Shown here one piece after another: positions 43,946 through 53,370 of a stretch of DNA of 64,000 bases (positions are counted from its first letter, which is position 1; every line of letters begins with the position of its first letter). Made by a program: the position numbers and the translations under genes. A model generated the notes under the pieces. That model was not told the DNA's origin. It worked only from the letters and a program-made list of their open reading frames with translations, and made no database searches. The stretch is from assembly GCA_004554585.1 (NCBI GenBank), contig SFLH01000008.1:21178-85177 (forward strand), read 5' to 3'. The stretch comes from Clostridiales bacterium (GTDB lineage Bacteria > Bacillota > Clostridia > Oscillospirales > Oscillospiraceae).

Positions 43946-44959
43946 ATGAAGGAAATTCTCCTGACCAACAAAAAGCACGGCATGGCCGTCCTGCTGCTGA
44001 CCATCCTGCTCTACATCATCGCCGTGGTGGGGCTGATCTTTTCCGCCACGGAGGAGGTCATCCCTGGGATGGTGGTATGCATCGTTTACCTGTCCCTGGG
44101 CTGGCTGGTCCTGCCGGGACTAAAGGTGCTGGGGCCCCAGGAGGCACTGGTCCTCACCCTCTTCGGCAACTACATCGGCACCCTGAAGGGAGAGGGCTTC
44201 TACTTCGTCAACCCCTTCTGCGTGGCCGTCAACCCCGCCGCCAAGACCCAGCTCAACCAGAGCGGGGACGTGGACAACGGCAAGAACTCCACCAAGGTCC
44301 TGGCCGCCCTGGGAGGCGGGCAGAACCTGAACAAAGAGGTAATCTCGAAAAAGATCTCCCTGAAGATCATGACCCTGAGCAACACCAAGCAGAAGATCAA
44401 CGACTGCCTGGGCAACCCCGTGGAGATCGGCATCGCCGTGACCTGGCGGGTGGTGGACACGGGAAAGGCCGTCTTTGATGTGGACAACTACAAGGAGTTC
44501 CTCTCCCTGCAGTGCGACAGCGCCTTGCGCAACATCGTCCGTCTGTACCCCTACGACGTAGCCCAGGGGGTGGACACCACCGGCGACGGCCACCCCGACG
44601 AGGGAAGCCTGCGGGGTTCCAGCGACGTGGTCGCCGCCCGCATCCGCCAGGAGATCCAGTCCAAGGTGTCGGAGGCCGGCCTGGAGATTCTCGAGGCCCG
44701 GATCACACACCTGGCCTATGCCTCGGAGATCGCCGCAGCCATGCTCCAGCGCCAGCAGGCCTCCGCCATCATCGACGCCCGGAAGATGATCGTGGAAGGG
44801 GCCGTGGGCACCGTGGAGATGGCCCTGGAACGGCTGAACCAGAGCGGCATGGTGGAACTGGACGAGGAGCGCAAGGCAGCCATGGTCTCTAACCTGCTGG
44901 TGGTCCTGTGCGGCAACCACGAGGCCCAGCCCGTGGTGAATACCGGCAGCCTGTACTAA
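43946..44959 (+). CDS. SPFH/band-7 (stomatin/flotillin-like) domain membrane protein
   Basis: GGAGGTG SD. Two N-terminal TMs, then [33 protein letters not shown]... and a C-terminal coiled region ([25 protein letters not shown]). Confidence 0.85.
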   Translation: MKEILLTNKKHGMAVLLLTILLYIIAVVGLIFSATEEVIPGMVVCIVYLSLGWLVLPGLKVLGPQEALVLTLFGNYIGTLKGEGFYFVNPFCVAVNPAAKTQLNQSGDVDNGKNSTKVLAALGGGQNLNKEVISKKISLKIMTLSNTKQKINDCLGNPVEIGIAVTWRVVDTGKAVFDVDNYKEFLSLQCDSALRNIVRLYPYDVAQGVDTTGDGHPDEGSLRGSSDVVAARIRQEIQSKVSEAGLEILEARITHLAYASEIAAAMLQRQQASAIIDARKMIVEGAVGTVEMALERLNQSGMVELDEERKAAMVSNLLVVLCGNHEAQPVVNTGSLY

Positions 44960-44972
44960 CAGGGAGGCGCCT

Positions 44973-45185
44973 ATGGCTGAGAGCAAGAAGGATGCCAAAA
45001 AGCAGATCCCCCTCCGGCTTTCCGCCAAACTCTACGCTGCCATCGCCGCCTGGGCGGAGGACGACTTCCGCTCAGTGAACGGGCAGATCGAATACCTGCT
45101 CACCGAGTGCGTCCGTCAGCGGAAAAAGAACGGCAAGTACGTCTCCGACGAGATCGACGTGCCGCCGGAGCTGGACATCGAGTGA
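44973..45185 (+). CDS. ribbon-helix-helix (Arc/CopG-like) DNA-binding protein
   Basis: [49 protein letters not shown] fits a beta-strand, helix, helix RHH pattern. Confidence 0.6.
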   Translation: MAESKKDAKKQIPLRLSAKLYAAIAAWAEDDFRSVNGQIEYLLTECVRQRKKNGKYVSDEIDVPPELDIE

Positions 45186-45204
45186 GGGGAAAGGAGGGGG
45201 CGGC

Positions 45205-45441
45205 ATGAACGTCCATGGAAAGAAAAAGGCCGGGGTGTGGCTGTCGGTGATCGCCGTACTCATTCCCCTGGCCCTCCAAGCCGCCAGCGTCTTTTGGATG
45301 TGGCGTGTGTTGGGGGTGACCCCTCTGTTTGTGGGGCTGTCCCTTGTGCTGCTGGCCGCCGCCGTGCTGGTGATTGCTGCGGCCCTGGTGAGAATTCGCG
45401 AAATCAATGGAGGAGAAGAAGATGATCTTAGTCAATACTGA
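45205..45441 (+). CDS. small two-TM membrane protein (78 aa)
   Basis: GGAGGGGG SD. GVWLSVIAVLIPLALQAASVFWMW...LFVGLSLVLLAAAVLVIAAALV. Confidence 0.5.
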   Translation: MNVHGKKKAGVWLSVIAVLIPLALQAASVFWMWRVLGVTPLFVGLSLVLLAAAVLVIAAALVRIREINGGEEDDLSQY

Positions 45442-45733
45442 TTACATTACCGGAAAAGAGCTGGAGATGCTGGGTCTGGTCAAGGGCAGCACCATCCAGT
45501 CCAAGAACATCGGCCGGGACATCACCCAGGGCTTTAAGACCCTGGTGGGCGGGGAGCTGGGCGCTTACACCGACATGATGAACCAGGCCCGAGCCCTGGC
45601 CACCAAGCGCATGGCCGAAGAGGCGGAGTCTCTGGGTGCCGACGCCGTGGTGAACATCCGCTACGCCTCCTCCGCAGTGATGCAGGGGGCCGCCGAGGTA
45701 ATGGCCTACGGCACGGCAGTGAAATTCAAATAA
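45422..45733 (+). CDS. YbjQ/UPF0145 family protein
   Basis: GGAGGA SD. MILVNTDYITGKELEMLGLVKGSTIQSKNIGRDITQGFKTLVGGELGAYTDMMNQARALATKRMAEEAESLGADAVVNIRY. Confidence 0.85.
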   Translation: MILVNTDYITGKELEMLGLVKGSTIQSKNIGRDITQGFKTLVGGELGAYTDMMNQARALATKRMAEEAESLGADAVVNIRYASSAVMQGAAEVMAYGTAVKFK

Positions 45734-45740
45734 GGCACTT

Positions 45741-45777
45741 CCGCCCTAACCGCACTGTGCCGGTCAGGGCGGTTTTT
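45741..45777 (+). terminator. rho-independent terminator ending the module
   Basis: CCGCCCT..ACCG...CGGT..AGGGCGG followed by TTTTT. Confidence 0.55.
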
Positions 45778-45908
45778 GCCGTGGGCGGCGCTCCGAATAC
45801 ACAGGAATTTGCCATAAATTTTACCAAAGGCGGATGGAAGCCGCCGTCCCCGTCTTTTACAATGAAGACAGCAAGCACTTCTTGTGTTGGAAAGGCAGGG
45901 ACCTCCCC

Positions 45909-47279
45909 ATGGAAAAGACCTATGTATTGGACACCAGCGTTTTGCTTCAGACCCCCTCCGCATTGGAGGTGTTCGAGGAAAACCAAGTTGTTCTGCCCTT
46001 GGTGGTGCTGGAAGAACTGGACGGGCTGAAAGGCGCCGACGGAGAGCAGGGAGCCAACGCGCGACAGGCCATCCGCCGCTTGGAAGAACTGCGCATGCAG
46101 GGGGATCTTCTCACAGGCGTTCCTTTGCCTGGCGGCGGACGGCTGCGGGTGGAGACCAATTGCGTGGATATCTCCCTTCCCAACGGGCTGCCAGGAAGCC
46201 CCAATCACCGCCGGATTCTTCAGGTCTGCCAGGCCATCCGGCAGGCCCAAGGGCAGGTCACCTTGGTGACCAAAAACATTCTGCTGCGCATCAAGGCCCA
46301 GATGCTGGGTCTTGCCGCTGAGGATTTTACCTCTGAGCAAGTGCCGGTGAGCCAAGAGCAGTACACCGGCCGGTGTGCGGTCTTTGTCGCCGAAAAACAC
46401 TTTGAGCACTTTCCCAAAAAGAGCATTGCCCCGACAGATGTGTATCAGGTGGACGAGAACGGCTGTGTGCAGCCGGTGGACCTGGTGTGCAACCAATTCG
46501 TCCTCCTTCGGGCCGACCAGTCCAACCGCAAGACGCAGCTGGGCCGCTTTGACGGAAAGAAAATCGTCCCCCTGTCTTACCGAAAGAAAAAGCCCTATGG
46601 CATTTCCCCCCGGAACGTCGGCCAATACTTTCTGCAAGAGGCCCTGATGGCCAGCCCCCAGGAAGCCCCCCTGGTGATCGTCAAAGGCATGGCGGGCACT
46701 GCCAAAACCTTCTATTCCCTGGCCGTGGGCCTGCACGCTATGCTGGAACAGGAGGAGTCCCCCTACCGCCGGATCCTCATCAGCCGCCCCAACGTCCATT
46801 TTGACGACGACATCGGCTTTCTGCCCGGAGCGGAGGAGGAGAAAATCGCCCCTCTCCTGCGCCCCGCCATCGACAACTTGGAGCTGCTGGTGGACCAAAA
46901 CGAGGACGAGCGTTTTGCCGACGAGAGAAGTCTCTCCGGAAAGGTAGAGGAACTCTTTGACCGAGACATCATCAGCGCCCAGGCCCTGAACTTTATCCGG
47001 GGACGTTCTGTGACCAAAACCTACCTGATCATTGACGAGGCCCAGAACCTCACCCCCAAGCAGGCGAAAGGGATCATCACCCGGGCAGGCATCGGCACTA
47101 AGATCATCCTGCTGGGCGACCCCAACCAGATCGACAACCCCCTGTTGGACGAGCGCACCAACGGTCTGAGCTACGCTGCCGAACACATGAAGGGCAGCCC
47201 CCTCTGCTACCAACTCACCCTGTCGGCCCAGGAGTGCGAACGCTCCGCCCTGGCCACAGATGCCGTGCAGAGAATGTGA
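45909..47279 (+). CDS. PIN-domain + PhoH-like ATPase (YlaK type)
   Basis: MEKTYVLDTSVLLQTPSAL...LPLVVLEELDGLK (PIN) and Walker A KGMAGTAKT, IIDEAQN (PhoH). The start could be 45834. Confidence 0.9.
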   Translation: MEKTYVLDTSVLLQTPSALEVFEENQVVLPLVVLEELDGLKGADGEQGANARQAIRRLEELRMQGDLLTGVPLPGGGRLRVETNCVDISLPNGLPGSPNHRRILQVCQAIRQAQGQVTLVTKNILLRIKAQMLGLAAEDFTSEQVPVSQEQYTGRCAVFVAEKHFEHFPKKSIAPTDVYQVDENGCVQPVDLVCNQFVLLRADQSNRKTQLGRFDGKKIVPLSYRKKKPYGISPRNVGQYFLQEALMASPQEAPLVIVKGMAGTAKTFYSLAVGLHAMLEQEESPYRRILISRPNVHFDDDIGFLPGAEEEKIAPLLRPAIDNLELLVDQNEDERFADERSLSGKVEELFDRDIISAQALNFIRGRSVTKTYLIIDEAQNLTPKQAKGIITRAGIGTKIILLGDPNQIDNPLLDERTNGLSYAAEHMKGSPLCYQLTLSAQECERSALATDAVQRM

Positions 47280-47293
47280 CCCCGCGCTTTTTT

Positions 47294-47334
47294 CAGACAG
47301 CCCGCCGGAAGGCCTTCTTCCGGCGGGCTGTCTG
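47294..47334. terminator. bidirectional terminator
   Basis: CAGACAGCCCGCCGGAAG / CTTCCGGCGGGCTGTCTG. Confidence 0.65.
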
Positions 47335-47335
47335 T

Positions 47336-47788
47336 TTACAGCAGGCCAACAAGCCACAGGATCAGGCCGTAGACCACACTGGCGGCAATGCCGTAGACCA
47401 GCACAGGGCCTGCCACGGTGAAGAGCTTGGCGCCGGTGCCAGTGACCAGGCCCTCCTGCTTAAACTCCATGGCCGGGGCAGTCACGGCGTTGGCAAAGCC
47501 AGTGATGGGCACCAAGGTCCCCGCCCCGGCGTGCTTGGCGATGCGGTCAAAGATGCCGATCCCCGTCAGCAGGGCGGCCAGAAAGATCAGGGTGATGGAC
47601 ACGGCCATCCGCGCCATCTCCTGGTCCAGTCCCAGGTGCTGGTAGAGGTCCATCAGCCCCTGGCCCAGGACGCAGATCAGCCCTCCCACTGCAAAGGCCC
47701 AAACCATGTTTTTCCCCACCGGGGAGGGTTTGGCTTTGCTTTGGACGTAGGCGTTGTATTCCTCTGACGTGAGCTTGTCCAAATCCAT
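47336..47788 (-). CDS. spoVAC: stage V sporulation protein AC
   Basis: ...KNMVWAFAVGGLICVLGQGL...VPITGFANAVTAPAMEFKQEGLVTGTGAKLFTVAGPVLVYG. Confidence 0.9.
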   Translation of the reverse strand: MDLDKLTSEEYNAYVQSKAKPSPVGKNMVWAFAVGGLICVLGQGLMDLYQHLGLDQEMARMAVSITLIFLAALLTGIGIFDRIAKHAGAGTLVPITGFANAVTAPAMEFKQEGLVTGTGAKLFTVAGPVLVYGIAASVVYGLILWLVGLL

Positions 47789-47889
47789 GCGCGTATCACC
47801 TCTTCCTCAGTATGTCCCCGGCCCGAAAAAGTATACCACCGTTCCCGGCGGAGTTTTCCCGGAACCCGGAGAAAAAAGGGAGAAACCCC

Positions 47890-47918
47890 TTGACAAAAGG
47901 ACCTTTTTCGGTATAATA
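47890..47918 (+). promoter_or_regulatory. consensus sigma-A promoter of rpsF-ssb-rpsR
   Basis: TTGACA, 17 nt, TATAAT. The ~80-nt leader contains hairpin GCCGGCAG..CTGCCGGC. Confidence 0.55.
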
Positions 47919-48002
47919 GTATAGCCTGTCTATTTTGTGCAGGCATATCCTTGCCGGCAGCGAGGACTGCCGGCCAAATGTCCATAAGGAGGTGCAACGA
48001 AC

Positions 48003-48299
48003 ATGGCAAAGGTTAACGCAAACTACGAAGTGGTCTACATCATGGATCCCGCCCTGGGCGAGGAGGCCATTGCCGCGATGATCGAGAAGTTCAAGGCTCT
48101 GGTGGAGACCCAGGGTACCGTGAGCGCCATCGACGACTGGGGCAAGCGCCGTCTGGCCTATCCCATCAACGACCTGAACGAGGGTCACTACGTCCTGATG
48201 ACCTTCACCGCCGCTCCCGAGCTCCCCGCCGAGCTGGACCGCGTGCTGAAGATCACCGAAGGCATCATGCGCTCCATGATCATCTGCAAGGACGAGTAA
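48003..48299 (+). CDS. rpsF: 30S ribosomal protein S6
   Basis: MAKVNANYEVVYIMDPALGEEAIAAMIEKFKALVE...DDWGKRRLAYPINDLNEGHYVLM. Confidence 0.95.
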   Translation: MAKVNANYEVVYIMDPALGEEAIAAMIEKFKALVETQGTVSAIDDWGKRRLAYPINDLNEGHYVLMTFTAAPELPAELDRVLKITEGIMRSMIICKDE

Positions 48300-48313
48300 G
48301 GGGGGGACCCGAC

Positions 48314-48823
48314 TTGCTCAACAAGATCTTTTTGCAGGGCCGGCTGGTGGCCGACCCGGAGCTGCGCCACACCCAGAGCGGCGTGGCCGTGGCCTCCTTC
48401 CGTCTGGCCGTAGACCGGGACTTTAAGGACCGGGAGACCGGCGAGCGGAAAGCCGATTTCATCAACATTGTCGCCTGGCGGCAGACGGCCGAGTTCGTCT
48501 CCCGCTTCCTCACCAAGGGCCGGCTGGCCATTGTGGAGGGCAAACTCCAGACCCGGGACTACACCGACCGGGACGGCAACCGCCGGTACGCCACAGAAGT
48601 GGTGGCCGACAACGTCTACTTCGGTGACTCCCGCCGGGACGGGGAGGGCGGCTATTCCCCTGCTCCCCCAGCCAGCCGCGGCGGCTACGGCGCCCCCGCT
48701 GGCAGCGGCTATGCCCCGTCCGGCAGCAGCTACGCTCCCCCGGCAGATGGCGGTTATCCCGCCGCCCCCGCGGTGGACCAGTTCGCTGACCTGACCGACG
48801 ACGACGGCGAGCTGCCCTTCTGA
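48314..48823 (+). CDS. ssb: single-stranded DNA-binding protein
   Basis: TTG start. [35 protein letters not shown]... with an acidic tail DDDGELPF. Confidence 0.95.
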   Translation: MLNKIFLQGRLVADPELRHTQSGVAVASFRLAVDRDFKDRETGERKADFINIVAWRQTAEFVSRFLTKGRLAIVEGKLQTRDYTDRDGNRRYATEVVADNVYFGDSRRDGEGGYSPAPPASRGGYGAPAGSGYAPSGSSYAPPADGGYPAAPAVDQFADLTDDDGELPF

Positions 48824-48882
48824 GCCCCTCTTGTTTGAGGCCCTCAGACCACTTTCATTCTATTTCAAGGAGGTTTGCTACC

Positions 48883-49125
48883 ATGGCTATGGATAGAGAA
48901 CGCCCCCGCGGCGGTCGGAAACGCCGTAAGGTTTGTACGTTCTGCGTGGATAAGGTCGAGCACATCGATTATAAGGACTCCGCCAAGCTGCGCCGGTTCC
49001 TTTCCGAGCGCTCCAAGATTCTGCCCCGCAGAACCACCGGCACCTGTGCCATGCATCAGCGCCAGCTGACCGAGGCCATCAAGCGCGCTCGTCAGATCGC
49101 TCTGCTGCCCTACGTGACCGACTGA
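48883..49125 (+). CDS. rpsR: 30S ribosomal protein S18
   Basis: AGGAGG SD. ...[62 protein letters not shown]. Confidence 0.95.
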   Translation: MAMDRERPRGGRKRRKVCTFCVDKVEHIDYKDSAKLRRFLSERSKILPRRTTGTCAMHQRQLTEAIKRARQIALLPYVTD

Positions 49126-49137
49126 GTCTGTCCGTTC

Positions 49138-49170
49138 AAGACGCGCCGCTTCCCGGCGCGTCTTTTTCTT
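49138..49170 (+). terminator. rho-independent terminator
   Basis: AAGACGCGCCG / CGGCGCGTCTT followed by TTTCTTT. Confidence 0.65.
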
Positions 49171-49199
49171 TCCCACCCCATCTAGAAAGGAGCTCCTCT

Positions 49200-50006
49200 A
49201 TGCCCCCCTTCACTGCCTGCATCGTCCAAACCACCTCCCTGCCCTACAACAAATCTGCCAACCTGGCCCGGGCTCTGGAGGCCATGGAGACCGCCGCCGC
49301 CCAGGGCGCCGGGCTCATCCTCTTCCCCGAGATGTTTCTGACCGGCTACCTCATCCGCGACCGCTTGGAGGAGCTGGCCGAGGACCTGGACCACGGCGCC
49401 GCCCTCCAGGTCCTGCGGCAGAAGGCCCAGGCCCTGGGGCTGGGCGTGGTGATGGGCATGCCCCTGAAACACCCCGGCGGCAAGCCCTACAACGCCGTGG
49501 TGATGATCGACCGAGACGGCACCATCGCCGGCACCCAGGCCAAGACCCACTTCTTCGGCGGCGAGGAGAAGATGTTCGACCCTGGCACCAGCCTGAAGGC
49601 CTTCGACACCTCCTTCGGCCGCATGGGCATCCTGGTCTGCTACGACGGCGAGTTCCCCGAGACCGCCCGCACCCTGGCCCTGGACGGGGCCAAGCTCCTG
49701 TGCATGTGCGCGGCCAATATGAGCCCCTACGAGGACTACCACTTCCAGTACATGCGCACCCGGGCCATGGAGAACCGGGCCTACACCCTGTACTGCAACT
49801 ACGTGGGCACGGAAAAGCGGTTCCACTACTGCGGCCAGAGCGGGGCCTTCCACCCCACCGGCAAGATCCTGGCGGAAGGGGACACCGAAACGGAAGCCTT
49901 CCTCTACGCCCCAGTAGACATGGCCGACACCATCGCCCAAGACGATTTCCTCAACTATCTCAACCACCGTCACCCCGACCTGTACCACCCGGACCTGTGC
50001 CGGTGA
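49200..50006 (+). CDS. carbon-nitrogen hydrolase (nitrilase superfamily) protein
   Basis: LILFPEMFLTGY (Glu), ...LVCYDGEFPE (Cys). 268 aa. Confidence 0.85.
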   Translation: MPPFTACIVQTTSLPYNKSANLARALEAMETAAAQGAGLILFPEMFLTGYLIRDRLEELAEDLDHGAALQVLRQKAQALGLGVVMGMPLKHPGGKPYNAVVMIDRDGTIAGTQAKTHFFGGEEKMFDPGTSLKAFDTSFGRMGILVCYDGEFPETARTLALDGAKLLCMCAANMSPYEDYHFQYMRTRAMENRAYTLYCNYVGTEKRFHYCGQSGAFHPTGKILAEGDTETEAFLYAPVDMADTIAQDDFLNYLNHRHPDLYHPDLCR

Positions 50007-50069
50007 CGCCGTTGCTTTCCAGCCCGGCGGCGATCGACTCAGGCTGAAACACCCGAGGAGGAATGCCCT

Positions 50070-50588
50070 ATGAACAATGTGATCCTTATCGGCATGCCCG
50101 GCGCGGGCAAGAGCACCTTGGGGGTGCTGCTGGCCAAGACCTTAGGCATGACCTTCCTGGACACCGACCTGCTCATTCAGCAGCGGGAGAAGGCCCTGCT
50201 GCCCGCCATCATCGCCCAGCGAGGGGTGGACGGCTTTCTGGAGGTAGAAGGCCAGGTCTGCGCTGGTCTCCACGCCCAAAACGCGGTCATCGCCACTGGC
50301 GGCAGCGTGGTCTACCAGCCAGAGGGCATGGCCAACCTGCGGGCCCTGGGCACGGTGGTCTACCTCAAGTGGGGCTACCGCACCCTCTCCCGGCGGCTGG
50401 GGAACCTGAAGAACCGGGGAGTGGTCCTCCGCCCCGGCCAGACATTGCGGATGCTCTACGATGAGCGGGTGCCCCTGTATGAAAAGTACGCCCACCTCAC
50501 CGTAGACTGCGGCCGGCAGGACATCGAGCACACCTTGCAGCGAGTCCTGCAGGCCCTGAAAAAATTTGAGAACCCATCCAAGGAATAA
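50070..50588 (+). CDS. aroK: shikimate kinase
   Basis: MNNVILIGMPGAGKSTLGVLLAKTLGMTFLDTDLLIQ...ATGGSVV. Confidence 0.9.
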   Translation: MNNVILIGMPGAGKSTLGVLLAKTLGMTFLDTDLLIQQREKALLPAIIAQRGVDGFLEVEGQVCAGLHAQNAVIATGGSVVYQPEGMANLRALGTVVYLKWGYRTLSRRLGNLKNRGVVLRPGQTLRMLYDERVPLYEKYAHLTVDCGRQDIEHTLQRVLQALKKFENPSKE

Positions 50589-50634
50589 AAAAGCAGCGTG
50601 TCCCCGCCGCGCAAGGGGACACGCTGTGTTTTTG
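50587..50634. terminator. bidirectional terminator
   Basis: CAGCGTGTCCCC / GGGGACACGCTG, flanked by AAAAAAG and TGTTTTTG. Confidence 0.65.
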
Positions 50635-50635
50635 A

Positions 50636-51172
50636 TTAAGCCGAATGGGCCCGCCGGAAACTCCGCCGGGCTTCCGGCACATACCGGCGCAGGTAGCTGA
50701 CGTTGGGGATGGCCCGCAGCAGCAGGATGCCCAGCACGTAGCACACCACGGCCTCGCCGATGCCCACCCACAGGGCGTTGACGGCAAACAGGGCGGGGAA
50801 CTGAGCGGAGAAGCCCACCTCGTACCAGGCCAGCATACCGCCCACCAGGACCATGTTGCACACCACCGGGGGCAGGGGGGCCAGCCAGGCGTGGTTGGTC
50901 TTCTGAGTGAGGATGGCCGCGATGAGGGTGGCCAGAGAGCCGATGACGATGTCGATGGGGCCATAGGGGCTGAGCAGGTTGGCCACCAGGCAGCCCACAA
51001 AAACACCCGGCCAGGTGCCGGGGAAAAGGAAGGGGAGCACCGTCAGGGCCTCGGAGAAGCGGAACTGGACGGGGCCGTAGGCCAGGTTCATGGCCGAGGC
51101 CACCAGGGTCAGGGCGGCGTAGGCCGCAGCGATGACCCCGTTGAGGGCCAGCAGTTGGGTTTTTGAGCGCAT
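50636..51172 (-). CDS. queT: queuosine-precursor transporter QueT (ECF S-component-like)
   Basis: ...LNGVIAAAYAALTLV...GPVQFRFSEALTVLPFLFPG...GCLVANLLSPYGPIDIVIGSLATLIAA. Confidence 0.85.
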   Translation of the reverse strand: MRSKTQLLALNGVIAAAYAALTLVASAMNLAYGPVQFRFSEALTVLPFLFPGTWPGVFVGCLVANLLSPYGPIDIVIGSLATLIAAILTQKTNHAWLAPLPPVVCNMVLVGGMLAWYEVGFSAQFPALFAVNALWVGIGEAVVCYVLGILLLRAIPNVSYLRRYVPEARRSFRRAHSA

Positions 51173-51181
51173 GTGTCTTTG

Positions 51182-51221
51182 CCTCCATTTTCGTATTTAG
51201 AGTACGGCGCGCGAACCGTAC
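51182..51221 (-). promoter_or_regulatory. candidate preQ1-I-like riboswitch overlapping the queT SD
   Basis: Minus strand: GUACGG UUCGCGCG CCGUAC UCUAAAUACGAAAAUGGAGG. This is a short hairpin with a GGUUC-type loop start and an A-rich tail running into the SD. The match to the class consensus was judged by eye only. Confidence 0.45.
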
Positions 51222-51305
51222 AGCGGCGGACGGCCAAGGCCATCTGCCGGTTGGACCGGGTGTGGAAACCAGTCGTGGATAGGATACCACATCGGGAGAC
51301 AAATT

Positions 51306-51373
51306 GCCAGAAAAATTTTCAGCGGGCCGAGAAGGAAACGGGGCTTGTCCCCCGCTCTCTTCCCGGCCCGCTG
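51306..51373 (-). terminator. long hairpin after obg
   Basis: CAGCGGGCCG / CGGCCCGCTG outer stem, extended by GAAG/CTTC. On the minus strand it is followed by GAAAATTTTT. Confidence 0.4.
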
Positions 51374-51388
51374 TCGGGTCAGAAACAC

Positions 51389-52669
51389 TCAGCGCTGGTA
51401 TTCAAAGTCCAGGTTGTACAGGCTCACCAGGTCCCCGTCCTTGATGCCCATCTCCTCCAGCCGGTCAAACAGGCCGGCGTTGCGGAGCATCCGGTCAAAC
51501 CAGTTGCGGGATTCGTAGTTGGAGAAGTTCACATTGGCCATGATCTTCTGCAGCCAGGGGCCCTCCACGATCCACACATCGTCCTCGTGGCGGATGGTGA
51601 GGGGCTCGGTGGTGTCCACCTGGGGCGGGCGCTCCACGTACTCTGGCTCGTAGGTGATCACCGGCGGCAGGTGGGCCAGCTCGCCGGCGGCGGCCTTCAT
51701 CAGCTCCCGCACCCCCTGGTGGGTGGCGGCAGAGAGCTCGAAGAAGGTCATGCCCTTTCCTTCCACGTGGGCCTTGAGCTTTTCCAGAAGCGTTCGGTCG
51801 GTGAGGATGTCGGTCTTGTTGGCCGCCACGATCATCTTCCGGCTGGCCAGCTCCGGGCTGTATTCCTTGAGCTCGGCGTTGATGGTCTCAAAGTCCTCCA
51901 CCGGGTCCCGACCCTCAGAGCCGGACACGTCCACAATGTGGATCAGCAGCCGGCAGCGGTCGATGTGCCGCAGAAAGTCGTGGCCTAAGCCCGCCCCCTC
52001 GGCAGCGCCCTCGATGATGCCGGGGATGTCCGCCATGACGAAGGACACCCCTTCGTCCACAAAGACCACCCCCAGGTTGGGAAACAGGGTGGTGAAGTGG
52101 TAGTTGGCGATCTTGGGCCGGGCCTTGGTGGCCACGGACAGCAGGGTGGATTTCCCCACGTTGGGGAAGCCCACCAGGCCCACGTCCGCCAGGAGCTTGA
52201 GCTCCAGCAGCACCGTGCGCTCCTTGCCGGGCAGGCCCGCCTTGGCAAACTGGGGGGTCTGGCGGGTGGGGGTGGCAAAGTGCTTGTTGCCCCAGCCCCC
52301 GTTGCCCCCCCGGCACAGGACGAAGGGCTCGTCGTCGGACATGTCCCGGATGATCTCCCGGGTCTCCGCATCCCGGACCACGGTGCCCCGGGGGACCTTG
52401 ATGATCAGGGGAGCGCCGTTCTTTCCGGTGCACTGCTTGCCGGCCCCGTTGCCCCCGTTCTCAGCCACGTATTTCCGCTTGTACCGAAAGTCCATCAGGG
52501 TGGACATCCGGTCGTCCACCTGGAGGATCACGTCGCCGCCCCGGCCGCCGTCGCCGCCGTCGGGGCCGCCGGCGGCCACGTACTTCTCCCGGTGAAAGGC
52601 CACCGCCCCGTTGCCTCCGGCCCCGGAGCGGACCAGGATGCGGGCGGTGTCGATGAATGTATTTGCCAT
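51389..52669 (-). CDS. obg: GTPase Obg/CgtA
   Basis: MANTFIDTARILVRSGAGGNGAVAFHREKYVAAGGPDGGDGGRGGDVIL...GFPNVGKSTLL. GGAGGTG SD before ATG 52669. Confidence 0.95.
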   Translation of the reverse strand: MANTFIDTARILVRSGAGGNGAVAFHREKYVAAGGPDGGDGGRGGDVILQVDDRMSTLMDFRYKRKYVAENGGNGAGKQCTGKNGAPLIIKVPRGTVVRDAETREIIRDMSDDEPFVLCRGGNGGWGNKHFATPTRQTPQFAKAGLPGKERTVLLELKLLADVGLVGFPNVGKSTLLSVATKARPKIANYHFTTLFPNLGVVFVDEGVSFVMADIPGIIEGAAEGAGLGHDFLRHIDRCRLLIHIVDVSGSEGRDPVEDFETINAELKEYSPELASRKMIVAANKTDILTDRTLLEKLKAHVEGKGMTFFELSAATHQGVRELMKAAAGELAHLPPVITYEPEYVERPPQVDTTEPLTIRHEDDVWIVEGPWLQKIMANVNFSNYESRNWFDRMLRNAGLFDRLEEMGIKDGDLVSLYNLDFEYQR

Positions 52670-52748
52670 TGGGCACCTCCATTTCTGTGGATGGCAGATG
52701 GGAAAAAAGCCCCGGACGGTTCGTCCGGGGCTTGGGATTGGGCGGAAA

Positions 52749-53036
52749 TTACTCCGCAGCGACCTCCACGATGGAGACCTGCTTGCGGTCCTTACCCAGC
52801 CGCTCAAACTTGACGCGGCCATCCTTCAGGGCAAACAGGGTATCGTCCTTGCCGATGCCCACGTTGGTGCCGGGATGGATGTGGGTACCGCGCTGACGGA
52901 CCAGGATGTTGCCGGCCAGGACGAACTGACCGTCGCCCCGCTTGACGCCCAGACGCTGGGCCATGGAGTCACGGCCGTTCCGGGTGGAGCCCACGCCCTT
53001 TTTATGGGCAAAGAACTGAAGTCCGATGTGAAGCAT
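52749..53036 (-). CDS. rpmA: 50S ribosomal protein L27 (with N-terminal propeptide)
   Basis: [39 protein letters not shown]... Confidence 0.95.
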   Translation of the reverse strand: MLHIGLQFFAHKKGVGSTRNGRDSMAQRLGVKRGDGQFVLAGNILVRQRGTHIHPGTNVGIGKDDTLFALKDGRVKFERLGKDRKQVSIVEVAAE

Positions 53037-53040
53037 TTGG

Positions 53041-53370
53041 TTACACCTCCATAACGTTCATGTGTTCGGGATATTCCTCCTGCAGCTGCACGAAGTAGAC
53101 CATCAGGGCGGCCAGAAGGGTCTGGCAGACCTCGTCGGCCTCTCCGGTGAGGTTGCGGGGAAGTTTCAGGGTGATGGAAGCATCCTTTTCGCTGACCTTA
53201 ACCCCGGCCTCCAGCCCCAGCACGTCGTTGATGGCGCACTCGGTCAGGCGGACGGCGCTGGTGATGGCGGCGCAGAGGATGTCCTCTCCCGCTTGGGCCA
53301 GGCCGCTGTGGCCGGCCACGGTAAAGGCCAGCAGGCGGCTGCCCTCGGTGACGAAGGATGCTGTGGTCAT
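53041..53370 (-). CDS. prp: ribosomal-processing cysteine protease Prp
   Basis: ...[25 protein letters not shown]... between rplU and rpmA. Confidence 0.85.
   Translation of the reverse strand: MTTASFVTEGSRLLAFTVAGHSGLAQAGEDILCAAITSAVRLTECAINDVLGLEAGVKVSEKDASITLKLPRNLTGEADEVCQTLLAALMVYFVQLQEEYPEHMNVMEV

Noticed and set aside
44973-45441. RHH protein plus small hydrophobic protein as a toxin-antitoxin pair
   Set aside because: The RHH-first order resembles TA loci. The downstream ORF, however, is a two-TM peptide overlapping the YbjQ gene inside a longer operon, and no recognisable toxin fold is present. The idea is unsupported from sequence alone.
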